DNA of 41,002 nt from a virus (Duplodnaviria; Caudoviricetes), in IMG/VR virus record IMGVR_UViG_3300048856_000012, positions 1 to 41,002 of that record; one strand, written 5' to 3'. This document shows positions 16,320-24,595 of this stretch, piece by piece. The notes beneath the pieces were generated by a model, which saw nothing but the letters and a program-made list of their open reading frames with translations, ran no database searches and was not told the origin of the DNA. Position 1 is the stretch's first letter. The number at the start of each line of letters is the position of its first letter. A program made the translations under genes and the position numbers.

Positions 16320-16425
16320 GGTGTGGGTCAAGGTGTGGGGCAGGCGCCTCACCTCGCCCAATCAAACCTTAGCTATCAATGACTTAGACGATCTGTACGC
16401 AGAGGATGTGTCTGCATACAGGTCG
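16320..16425. other. attP-like site: arm-type repeats, IHF site and inverted repeat with 7-bp spacer
   Basis: GGTGTGGG x2 (16320, 16332); TATCAATGACTTA matches WATCAAN4TTR (16374-16386); 15-bp imperfect inverted repeat flanking GGATGTG. Confidence 0.45.
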
Positions 16426-16448
16426 GCGAGAACTGGAGTAGACATAGC

Positions 16449-16712
16449 ATGACAATGAGCAACGACAAGCTGCGGGAAGAGTTTAGGAAATGGCTGCTTG
16501 AAGAGCATGGCCTTGAATCCGAGTGGCAGTCTGAGCGGAATTGCTTCAAGGATTTCCCAGCCCATCTGGCGTATCTGGCCTGGCAGGCCTCCCGTGAGTC
16601 GCTGGTGATTGAGCTGCCTTCATTCGATGGCTATCGCGAAAACATTGTTCGCGAATTGCAGGCCGCATTCCGCGAGCAAGGTGAAGCCACTGGCCTGAAG
16701 GTGAAGCCATGA
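16449..16712 (+). CDS. Hypothetical phage protein
   Basis: LREEFRKW...AWQASRESLVIELP; GGAG RBS. Confidence 0.75.
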   Translation: MTMSNDKLREEFRKWLLEEHGLESEWQSERNCFKDFPAHLAYLAWQASRESLVIELPSFDGYRENIVRELQAAFREQGEATGLKVKP

Positions 16713-16936
16713 AGACGCATTACCACCCCCATCAACAAGACGATTGTGAAGAGCAGGCTGCCTGCGGAACTTGGCTCGGCGAGGATAGCAACCTGTCTGG
16801 CGAATGGTCCCGCGTGGACTGCCAACGCTGCATCAAGAGCAAAGAAAGAATAACTCTGTCAGTCGCCGCCGAGGAATCTGCAATCGCCCAGCAGATGGGC
16901 GATATGGCAAGTTTCATGCGCGAGGTGAAGCCATGA
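16709..16936 (+). CDS. Hypothetical Cys-containing protein
   Basis: ACGTW...VDCQRC; ATGA overlaps. Confidence 0.7.
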   Translation: MKTHYHPHQQDDCEEQAACGTWLGEDSNLSGEWSRVDCQRCIKSKERITLSVAAEESAIAQQMGDMASFMREVKP

Positions 16937-17586
16937 CCATCGACAAAGCAAAGCTCAAGGCGCTGGCTGAGGCTGCAACACCGGGTCCGTGGTTCTGGGA
17001 TAAGGGTGAAGACCCTTTGCCCCACACCTATGGCATCGCTGACGGCTCTGACGAAGAGCAGATGGTGGTTAACCAAGAGTTCGGAATCGAGTTCAAGGAA
17101 GACGCCTACTTCATCGCCGCCGCCAACCCTGCCACGGTGCTGGAGCTGCTCGCGGAGATTGATCAGCTGCAAGACAGCTCCAAGATGCGCGCGGTCCGAT
17201 CGCTTCGTGGCGATGTGGCGGATCTACTTGCAGAGCGCGACCAGCTCAAGGCCGAGAACGAGGCGCTAAAGGCCACGCTGGCAACCGAGCGCCTATCTGG
17301 TTTCGCTGCCGCCTTCTATCAGATCGCAGAAGCGGTTGGCGTTACCGGGGAGCGTGCCGCAACGCCTGAACAGGTATTCAATGGCGAGGTTATGCCGGCG
17401 ATTGAGGCGATGCGCAAGGATGCTAGGCGGTATCGGTGGACAAGCACTGAGGGTAATTGGGTCGCCCGCTTCCACGGAAAATGGAGGGCTCATGTCGGCG
17501 AGTACGGCGACGCCCAGCCAACAGACTGGTACCCGAGCCGGGAAGAGGCGATCGACGCCGCCATGAGCAAGGAGGCCGGCCAATGA
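16933..17586 (+). CDS. Ead/Ea22-like protein
   Basis: LKALAEAATPGPW...FIAAANPATVLELLAEI. Confidence 0.85.
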   Translation: MTIDKAKLKALAEAATPGPWFWDKGEDPLPHTYGIADGSDEEQMVVNQEFGIEFKEDAYFIAAANPATVLELLAEIDQLQDSSKMRAVRSLRGDVADLLAERDQLKAENEALKATLATERLSGFAAAFYQIAEAVGVTGERAATPEQVFNGEVMPAIEAMRKDARRYRWTSTEGNWVARFHGKWRAHVGEYGDAQPTDWYPSREEAIDAAMSKEAGQ

Positions 17587-17795
17587 TCACCAAACGCAAC
17601 GTCCTGTGCTGGTCCGGCGGGACGGGTAAGCTTGGTCAGTACATCATGCTGGAGTGGGTTTCTTCGAAGGGTTTTTACTACCAGGAAGGATCTATTCTTC
17701 TGAGCGGCGAAATGCGCGAATGGATGGAAGACGCGGTGACAAGCCTTCTTTCAAGGCTTGAGCAATTCAAGATTAAACACGGTATCAACGAATAA
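17583..17795 (+). CDS. Hypothetical protein
   Basis: 70 aa; GGAGG RBS; ATGA overlap. Confidence 0.65.
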   Translation: MITKRNVLCWSGGTGKLGQYIMLEWVSSKGFYYQEGSILLSGEMREWMEDAVTSLLSRLEQFKIKHGINE

Positions 17796-17825
17796 AAAAG
17801 GCCCCGCAATGGGGCCTTAGTTTTT
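17794..17825. terminator. Bidirectional terminator between convergent early and late arms
   Basis: A-tract, AAGGCCCC-GCAAT-GGGGCCTT, T-rich tail. Confidence 0.8.
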
Positions 17826-17844
17826 CATCCTTGAAACAGATCCC

Positions 17845-18792
17845 TTACATTATTGTTTCTTGACCGGCGCGGTACAGGTACGTCGGCGTGCCGGTGTTGT
17901 TCACCGTGCGCAACCGTGCGTAGTAACCGGCTGGGACAAAGCCCGAGACTACGCCGGTCTGGGGCTGAACGCCTTGGATTGCCACTGCAAGGCTGTAAGT
18001 CTGCCCAAGGCCGCTGATCGACAGCGTTTGCACGTTGCTGGTAAAAGCCGCATTGCTGGCGATTTCAAGGATCACGTCACCGTTTTGGCCGCCCGACAGG
18101 CTGGCTGTCACCACGAGTTGAACGCTGTAGGTCACCCAAGCTGGCCGCGTGGCGTTGATCTGATAGATCGTGTTCAGCGCTCGTGTGGCCGCCGATTGCG
18201 TTGGAACTGGAGCTGCTGCGCCAGCGGGACCGGCAGGCCCGGTTGCGCCCGTGGCACCGGCGGGGCCTTGAGGACCGGGCGGACCAGGTACGGTACTGTC
18301 TTGTCCCGCCGGACCAGGAATTGTGCTCGCCGGACCCGTTGCACCCTGATCACCCTTCTGCAACACCAGATTGAGCACGGGCGCTGCCTGTGTGCCGGTC
18401 AGTGTTGCGCTCGACGTTGCGCCGCTGGTTACCGTTCCAATCGACAGCGCCGGGCTTACACCGTTGGTTCCGTTCGTGCCATTGGTTCCGTCACGCCCTG
18501 CTGGCCCTGGCGCGCCTGCTGCACCCGTTGCCCCCGTGTCGCCTTTGGGTCCGGCGGTGAGCGGCGCATTCAGAACGCCGTTGGAAAGAACAAGGTTCGG
18601 CCCGAGCGTAAAGAACACCGGCAATTGGCTGTTTGCGTTGAAGCCAAAGAGGCCATCAGTCGGCGGCTTGACGACCAGACGGGTGAGCGTGGCCGTGTCC
18701 GCCGCGTTGCGCTGGTTGATAAACAGGTCGTTGCCGGCGGCCATCGCCCAGGCCGGGAGCAGCGCAAGCGCCGCGATAATCAGTCGTTTCAT
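17845..18792 (-). CDS. Collagen-like (Gly-X-Y) protein with predicted signal peptide
   Basis: MKRLIIAALALLPAWAMA/AG N-terminus; two Gly-X-Y tracts; beta-rich C-terminal domain. Confidence 0.85.
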   Translation of the reverse strand: MKRLIIAALALLPAWAMAAGNDLFINQRNAADTATLTRLVVKPPTDGLFGFNANSQLPVFFTLGPNLVLSNGVLNAPLTAGPKGDTGATGAAGAPGPAGRDGTNGTNGTNGVSPALSIGTVTSGATSSATLTGTQAAPVLNLVLQKGDQGATGPASTIPGPAGQDSTVPGPPGPQGPAGATGATGPAGPAGAAAPVPTQSAATRALNTIYQINATRPAWVTYSVQLVVTASLSGGQNGDVILEIASNAAFTSNVQTLSISGLGQTYSLAVAIQGVQPQTGVVSGFVPAGYYARLRTVNNTGTPTYLYRAGQETIM

Positions 18793-19176
18793 TTAAACAC
18801 CCCGCGACCAGGTATTGGCCCTTGATTTTGTGAAGTCCACGCAGTCGCCTGCGGACAGCATGACGAGCCAGTTGTCTACGGTGCCGCCCTCGCATTGGAA
18901 GGTAACGCTGGCGATCTGCCGAGAAGATCGGACGAAGAAGCGTTGGCCAAGCTTGGACTGGCTTTCGCTCGGCAGGTTGATCACGACGGAATCCAGATCG
19001 GTCGACGGCACCAGGTCCAGAAGGTTGATGACCTTTTCGCTGGGCGGCGCGGTGATCGTCTGCCCTTCAGTCGGGGCCAGTGTCGTGGAGGCCGCGCCGC
19101 TTGAAGCGATCAGCTTGTCCAGCGCGTCCGAATTTCCAGCCCCGCCAGCGTTAAGCGCTCCCTGCTTAAGTTCCAT
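18793..19176 (-). CDS. Hypothetical beta-rich protein
   Basis: 127 aa from ATG 19176; GAGG RBS; abuts collagen gene. Confidence 0.7.
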   Translation of the reverse strand: MELKQGALNAGGAGNSDALDKLIASSGAASTTLAPTEGQTITAPPSEKVINLLDLVPSTDLDSVVINLPSESQSKLGQRFFVRSSRQIASVTFQCEGGTVDNWLVMLSAGDCVDFTKSRANTWSRGV

Positions 19177-19495
19177 ACGGGAAGCCTCGGGTGATGATCG
19201 AGCAGACGAGGTTCGTACTGTCGCTGATCGAGACCACGCGGCCACGGATCTGCGACCAGTTGGTTTTGGCGATGCCGCCATCGACAGCGCGCGTGGTGCC
19301 GGAGATGTTGAGCTGAACAATGGGAATCCAGTCGTTGCCGGTGTTCGATCCCTCAAGGATTACGACTGCCGATACCGTCGCCCCCTGTGAGCCCGCTGCG
19401 GAGCATTCGACGCTGATTTGGGATATGTCCCTGGCCACGATGGCGAGTGACGTGTCGCCGGCCTGCTGGGGGCCGTTGAATAGATTTTGTGGCAT
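19166..19495 (-). CDS. Hypothetical beta-rich protein
   Basis: 109 aa; AAGGAAG RBS; LEGSNTGNDW motif. Confidence 0.7.
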   Translation of the reverse strand: MPQNLFNGPQQAGDTSLAIVARDISQISVECSAAGSQGATVSAVVILEGSNTGNDWIPIVQLNISGTTRAVDGGIAKTNWSQIRGRVVSISDSTNLVCSIITRGFPYGT

Positions 19496-19523
19496 GGCTG
19501 CTACTTCCTTTCTCGTGGCCGGC

Positions 19524-20036
19524 TCACCCGCCGACTTTGCACCGTGATTCTATCGTCGTGATGCGTGACTGTAGGGCAATTATTTGTGCCCGCTGGGCCT
19601 CTATTCCGACGGTGAGACGTAGATAAGCTCGTTCAGCACCGGCAGTAAGTCGGGGGGCGTTTCCATCATGTATGCCGGCGTTGGCTCCAGCGGCTCCGGC
19701 TCCGCTACCGGGACAGGTTGCATGGACGGACAGCCGGCGACGACCGTCAGCGAGATCAGCAGCAAGGCTTTCATTGCGAGATTGCGCATTCTTCAAGCTC
19801 TCTTGATAGGTGTTCAGGGCTGCTGTCGTTTCCTGATTGATCTGGCGCTGAAGCCTGGCGGTGTTGAGCAGGGACTCGGCTCGGGCTGCCTGCTGATCGG
19901 CAGATTCGGCGAAGGCGTCACGCTCGGCGCGGGTCTGCTGGATTTCGTTGTGCTGCCACCAGATAGCAAACGCCGCCAGAACGGCGGCGTATACCCAGAT
20001 CGGGACCAGCTTCAGAACCGATAAGACGGCGTTCAC
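19524..20036 (-). CDS. Rz-like inner-membrane spanin
   Basis: N-terminal TM, coiled coil, GRRRLSVHATC; follows endolysin. Confidence 0.88.
   Translation of the reverse strand: MNAVLSVLKLVPIWVYAAVLAAFAIWWQHNEIQQTRAERDAFAESADQQAARAESLLNTARLQRQINQETTAALNTYQESLKNAQSRNESLAADLADGRRRLSVHATCPGSGAGAAGANAGIHDGNAPRLTAGAERAYLRLTVGIEAQRAQIIALQSRITTIESRCKVGG
19601..19774 (-). CDS. Rz1-like outer-membrane lipoprotein spanin, embedded in Rz
   Basis: MKALLLISLTVVAG-C lipobox; Pro-rich mature part; nested frame. Confidence 0.8.
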   Translation of the reverse strand: MKALLLISLTVVAGCPSMQPVPVAEPEPLEPTPAYMMETPPDLLPVLNELIYVSPSE

Positions 20037-20482
20037 TGAAGCGCCCTTGAGACGCCCTCGGCGATGACCGAAGGTGCATAGGGCAGATATCCGTTCTCGT
20101 GCTTGATAATGGCCGTGGTGATCTTCAGCAGAGTCGAGCGGTCAAGAATATTGATGATCTGCGTCGACGGAACGCCCAGTTCCTTGGCCACGGATTCGAC
20201 GTAGGCGCTGGTGTTATTTTCGACGGGCGGTGCCCAGCGGTTGATCGTTTCGCGAACGGTGTCGATGCCCTGGCCGCCGATTCCCGGCTCACCATTCTTG
20301 CCGCGATAGTTGATCAGCAGCTTTGCCAGCGCGCGGATGCCGTTCTCTGGGGAGTCGAAGCGGGCGAATCGAGGCTTGTTCACGCCCTCTTCAAGCCCGA
20401 GCTGGCCTTGCCACTGGTTGCGGGCGTTGTAGTCGATGTTGCCGGGGTTGTTGTTACGGACGCCACGAGGTGTGATCGGCAT
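20033..20482 (-). CDS. Putative endolysin (RNNNPGNI family)
   Basis: RGVRNNNPGNI, RWAPPVENNT, IIKHENG; between holins and spanins. Confidence 0.75.
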   Translation of the reverse strand: MPITPRGVRNNNPGNIDYNARNQWQGQLGLEEGVNKPRFARFDSPENGIRALAKLLINYRGKNGEPGIGGQGIDTVRETINRWAPPVENNTSAYVESVAKELGVPSTQIINILDRSTLLKITTAIIKHENGYLPYAPSVIAEGVSRALQ

Positions 20483-20486
20483 CGGC

Positions 20487-20828
20487 TTATCTCCAGATGA
20501 AGCGCAGAGGCTTGGACATATTGCCCTTGCTGCACGCGCATATAACGGTTAGGGAAAACACAAGACCCATGACCCAGGGCTGCGTGTTGAATACGAGGTT
20601 TTTCCAGTCGAGCATGCCCTGCATGAAGGCAGCGGAAGAGCATCCGCCGATGATGATGGCCAGCACCGTGGGAGTGAACCGCTTACGCTCTTGGCTCACA
20701 TAGCCCACGATGTACCACACCGTGACGACGTGCAGCACCAGGCGGAAGCCGAGGATGATCTCGCTATAGTGCTCCGCAAGCCACATGAAGAGCATGGCAA
20801 ATACGTTTGACTGTTCACTGAGGATCAT
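20487..20828 (-). CDS. Putative holin
   Basis: Three hydrophobic segments; C-terminal KGNMSK; in lysis cassette. Confidence 0.7.
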   Translation of the reverse strand: MILSEQSNVFAMLFMWLAEHYSEIILGFRLVLHVVTVWYIVGYVSQERKRFTPTVLAIIIGGCSSAAFMQGMLDWKNLVFNTQPWVMGLVFSLTVICACSKGNMSKPLRFIWR

Positions 20829-21213
20829 TTGGGTTCCTCGGCTTAAGGAATGGCAGACGGTCCAGTATGGTCGCCAGCCACTTGGGCAAGGGGCCATCGT
20901 TCCGGATCATGATGTTGATAACACCGAAGACCGTCGCGGCAAGCGCTGAACCTGAGACAGCAACAAACATCGCTACGCTCCCCCAATGTTCAGAACCGGC
21001 AGCCGCCGTGCCGAGTGAATAGCCTACGCCCCACGAGAAAGCCAACAGCGAAACCTTTCGGATCACCGGGCGGCGATCAGGATCTGGAAAGGCCAGCAGG
21101 AAGAAGCAGCCAAACGCAGCGCCGCACGCCGCAGCCGGGTGAAGTCCCTGGATGACAGAGACCACGAACCAGCCGAGGTACGTCGCCAGCGCTTCCGGGC
21201 TTGGTTCGTTCAT
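20815..21213 (-). CDS. Putative holin or antiholin
   Basis: Multi-TM small protein heading the lysis cassette. Confidence 0.7.
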   Translation of the reverse strand: MNEPSPEALATYLGWFVVSVIQGLHPAAACGAAFGCFFLLAFPDPDRRPVIRKVSLLAFSWGVGYSLGTAAAGSEHWGSVAMFVAVSGSALAATVFGVINIMIRNDGPLPKWLATILDRLPFLKPRNPNDPQ

Positions 21214-21243
21214 CGTCCATTATCCCTGTTGATTAATTTGTGA

Positions 21244-21672
21244 TCATGATACAGCAGGCATTGGGAAGCGCTCTTTGATTTCCTTTACCTTAGCGCGCCA
21301 GTTCGTGTAATCCGGTTCAGCGCCAGCTTCAAGCGCATCGAATTCGGCTTCGATTTTCAGCGGGTCCGACTCGGCCCGGTAGGCGGCGGATCGACGCTGC
21401 TGGGCCTCTTCAATGCTGACGGGCGCGGCTTCAACGTAGTCGACCCACTTGGGAGAGCCTTTCGCAGTAGCGGCCAATACCTTTCCGGCTGGCTGACCTT
21501 CCGAAAACTCGGCTACTTGCTTGGCAGTCAAAGCCTTCGCATCCGCCGGCCATGATCCCAGCTCTTCAAAGAAGGCCCGGTTTTCACCTCGGTAAAGCCC
21601 AAGCGTCGAAGGGCTGAAGAATACTGAACCGCTGGCGTCTTCTTGAGCATCCGTTTCAATGTTGTCGGTCAT
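21244..21672 (-). CDS. Tail fibre assembly-like protein
   Basis: FFSPSTLGLY, WPADA, AYRAESDPL, WRAKVKEIKERFP; follows fibre gene. Confidence 0.75.
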   Translation of the reverse strand: MTDNIETDAQEDASGSVFFSPSTLGLYRGENRAFFEELGSWPADAKALTAKQVAEFSEGQPAGKVLAATAKGSPKWVDYVEAAPVSIEEAQQRRSAAYRAESDPLKIEAEFDALEAGAEPDYTNWRAKVKEIKERFPMPAVS

Positions 21673-21673
21673 G

Positions 21674-22192
21674 TCAGATCCCCACCGAAATAAAGTAGAA
21701 GGTGTTCGCTGTCCCTGAGAATGCGAAGGTGGCGTTTTGCAGGGTCTGTTGGGTGTTGGCCACCACGCGAAGCGACGCGCCGCCATCAATCGCGAGAGCT
21801 GCGATATGGCGCAGGCCATATGCAGACGGCAGGGTTACGGTGAAGCTGGCGTTACCGCCGGCATTGGCCACGCCCATGTTTATTGTCAGGTAACGGATTA
21901 CGCCGGTTGTCTTGTCTCTGAACGGAACCCGCACGTAATCGCTCTGGCTGGTTCCGCCTGCACCCAGTTGCGCGCCGATGGAGGTAGTAGCGAGCGCCGA
22001 TATCGCCGCGCCAAGCTGAGAGTAATCCCCTTTCACAAGGGTGATGCCAGCTTGCTCAATCGCACGGCATACGTTTTCCTGCAAATCGTTCAGCCAATCA
22101 TCGCTGACAACTGTCGCCGGCACACCGCCGGTTGGAGAGCCTTCCGTAAAAAGGTTGTCAGCCGTGGCCGATGGTTCGTCAATTCTGTGCAT
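21674..22192 (-). CDS. Short tail fibre / fibre adaptor
   Basis: MHRID...FTEGSPTGGVPATVVSDDWLNDLQE N-terminus typical of Mu-like baseplate fibres. Confidence 0.8.
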   Translation of the reverse strand: MHRIDEPSATADNLFTEGSPTGGVPATVVSDDWLNDLQENVCRAIEQAGITLVKGDYSQLGAAISALATTSIGAQLGAGGTSQSDYVRVPFRDKTTGVIRYLTINMGVANAGGNASFTVTLPSAYGLRHIAALAIDGGASLRVVANTQQTLQNATFAFSGTANTFYFISVGI

Positions 22193-22203
22193 TGTCTATT
22201 GCC

Positions 22204-23925
22204 TCAAACCTGCGGGGCTATTGTGGCACCGACTTCTACAGTGAAACCCGCCAGCAACTGGAGGGCCGCGATAGAAACGGCAACTTTATCGATTGCAACG
22301 TCAATCCCGGCGTTGGCTGGCTGGGTTCCCGTGCCAAATGATACCAGTGTCGTCGTCGCCGATGGAGCTGCGACATATACCGCCGCAGGCTGCCCGCTAA
22401 GCGCAGCCGATCCGCCGTTATGGCAAGCAATGGGCAGGCGGCTTGTTGATCCGTGAGTGATGGTTGCAACGTTCGCGGCAACGGATGCGGAAACAATGGA
22501 AGCCAGCCAAGTGCCAGTTACCGCAGCGAGTGGACGGCCAGCGAAAACCGTCCCTTGACTTAGTGAGATCATAACCCGCAGGTCGATATAGAAATTCACG
22601 TCGACGAAGAAATCGTTGCCCGAGACGAAGGGGCTCGCGTGAGCTGTGATGCCTTCCTGAACAGCGATCTGCGAAAGCTTGACCGACGCCTCGAAAAAGT
22701 TGTCTGCGCGGTTAGATAGCTTGAAGCGAAGGGTGTTTGCCGATGGCACGGAAACAGCCGAGATGCCAGATGTTCTGAACCCCGCAAGCGGATCGTCCTT
22801 GCTTGCAAGACGCCAAGAACCACCCTGATAAGATGCCAGGGCCGAGGCTCTTTCACGGCGCGACCACAAAGCGCCCGCCCGGTCATATTCCAGCATGTCG
22901 GGCATGGACTTCGGGCGACCGAAGACTTGGGCGAATGACTTGGCGGAAAAATAGCCCATCACGTTGTATCCGCGCTGGCTGTAATGCTCGTCGGTGTCGT
23001 CCTTAAGGAAGCCTTCCTTGACAGAGAACGTGGGGCAGCCGTCGAATACAATCGCAGCCGCTGGAGTGTTCTGCGCCACAAATCGTTGGGCGGCCTGGAT
23101 CTGATACCAGGTACGCTCAAGTCGAGTCATTGGGCAACCCACGGTGCATATACCGAAAAACTCAGAATTTATGTCAGCTGCCAGGTTTGAAATCATCGAC
23201 ACGAGCGCTGCGCGATACGACTCAAACGAAGTGTCGTTAAGCTGGTCGGTCTCGCCCTGATGCCAGCAGACGATAGTTCTACCAAGGCTCATTCCCTGCG
23301 CCACAGCTGCCTCTTTCGCCGCCTGAACCGCGCTCACAGCGTTGGCGTAATACCCGCTGGCGTTGCCCTTGGCGAGAGTGGCTATAGGCATTGCACCGCG
23401 CGCGGCATTCACCACAATCAGGCCACGACGCATTTCCCGGAAATACTGGTTCGCAAATTCTGCCCACGCGTGGCCGGTTGAGGTTTCGCCATTTGCCGAC
23501 TTCATGTTCTGAATGATCGGCTTTATGGTCGATGTGTCCACGTCGAACATCATAGAATTGGCCAGAGGCGCAGGGAACCCGGACACGTCACCCGAATTAC
23601 CGGCAAGACCCAATGCGTTACTTTGGCCGTAAGCCAGGAGCACGTCATATTTTCCGTCGAAAATGAACCCGGCCCCCGGAGCCTTAAGCTCGTCAAGACC
23701 TTGCAGGTCGCTCTCGGCCTGATCCAGCCTGGCGTCAATCGAGGGATAGTCGCCTATGGCCTGCTGATTATCACTTATGAACTGGGCCAGCGTGGGATAA
23801 CTCCCACCATCTCCGCTGATTGTTCCCATCTCGCCGCTCGCGAAAGTACCGGCTTTCTCGGCAGCTTCCACCAACTTATTTTTGGCAGCGATTATTTCTG
23901 CGTCGATTTCACTAAGAGTTGCCAT
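22204..23925 (-). CDS. Tail-associated SGNH/SASA carbohydrate O-acetylesterase
   Basis: GQSN (catalytic Ser), WHQGETD, DxxH-like DTDEHYS; coiled N-terminus; located in tail module. Confidence 0.82.
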   Translation of the reverse strand: MATLSEIDAEIIAAKNKLVEAAEKAGTFASGEMGTISGDGGSYPTLAQFISDNQQAIGDYPSIDARLDQAESDLQGLDELKAPGAGFIFDGKYDVLLAYGQSNALGLAGNSGDVSGFPAPLANSMMFDVDTSTIKPIIQNMKSANGETSTGHAWAEFANQYFREMRRGLIVVNAARGAMPIATLAKGNASGYYANAVSAVQAAKEAAVAQGMSLGRTIVCWHQGETDQLNDTSFESYRAALVSMISNLAADINSEFFGICTVGCPMTRLERTWYQIQAAQRFVAQNTPAAAIVFDGCPTFSVKEGFLKDDTDEHYSQRGYNVMGYFSAKSFAQVFGRPKSMPDMLEYDRAGALWSRRERASALASYQGGSWRLASKDDPLAGFRTSGISAVSVPSANTLRFKLSNRADNFFEASVKLSQIAVQEGITAHASPFVSGNDFFVDVNFYIDLRVMISLSQGTVFAGRPLAAVTGTWLASIVSASVAANVATITHGSTSRLPIACHNGGSAALSGQPAAVYVAAPSATTTLVSFGTGTQPANAGIDVAIDKVAVSIAALQLLAGFTVEVGATIAPQV

Positions 23926-24595
23926 TTATGACCTCTGGAATTGTGTAGTTGATCGCAAAATGCACTTGATCAACCGATTCGATAAATTGGTTAGATTCTT
24001 CTGATCGGTATGAAAATATGATCGTGGTATGCGCAGGCTTGAGCTGGTTCAGCTTGCATTCAAGGGCGCTGTTACCCCAGGTCCGCAATGGCTCACCGGC
24101 GGCAGACAGCCCGGCCCTGAAGGATATGATGGTTGTCGCCGGCGCAGTTACTCGCCAGGTGAAGATCCAGTCAGGAGTATTTGTCAACGCATCGCCGGCC
24201 CTGGACATTCCTGCGCGAAAGGGCCTGAACTCGTCTATTTCAATCTGATATCCCAAGCTTGCAGCCACGCCGATGAAGTACGCGGCGGACTGCCCACCGA
24301 CGCTGGCAAGCTTGGCTACCAGTGCGTTACGGCGTCCTTGGATCGTCGCTTCGAGTTCGCCCGAGCACTTGTCCGGCAAGCCAGCTACGCGCTCCCAATC
24401 CGACAGAAGCTCGGTCGTCGTGATGGGCATCACGTCGATTGCGAGGAATTCGGCGCGCCCATCAACCCTGGCCAACTCGGCAGCGCACCCGAGCAGCAGC
24501 TTTTCGAGGTTGGTGCCAGGCTCACGCGGGAATGCCTGCCCAGGTGGGAGCAGGTTCTTTAGCAGCTGGGCGTATTCCTCAAGTGTGTGAGCCAT
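23912..24595 (-). CDS. Mu gp48-like / YmfQ (DUF2313) baseplate protein
   Basis: LLPPG, LLSDWERVAGLPD, LECKLNQLKPAHT. Confidence 0.9.
   Translation of the reverse strand: MAHTLEEYAQLLKNLLPPGQAFPREPGTNLEKLLLGCAAELARVDGRAEFLAIDVMPITTTELLSDWERVAGLPDKCSGELEATIQGRRNALVAKLASVGGQSAAYFIGVAASLGYQIEIDEFRPFRAGMSRAGDALTNTPDWIFTWRVTAPATTIISFRAGLSAAGEPLRTWGNSALECKLNQLKPAHTTIIFSYRSEESNQFIESVDQVHFAINYTIPEVINGNS

Noticed and set aside
16389-16425. Inverted repeat as a dif (XerCD) site
   Set aside because: Spacer is 7 bp and the arms do not resemble the XerD arm TTATGTTAAAT
21244-23925. Diversity-generating retroelement or invertible tail-fibre cassette
   Set aside because: No reverse transcriptase, invertase or TR/VR repeat pair seen
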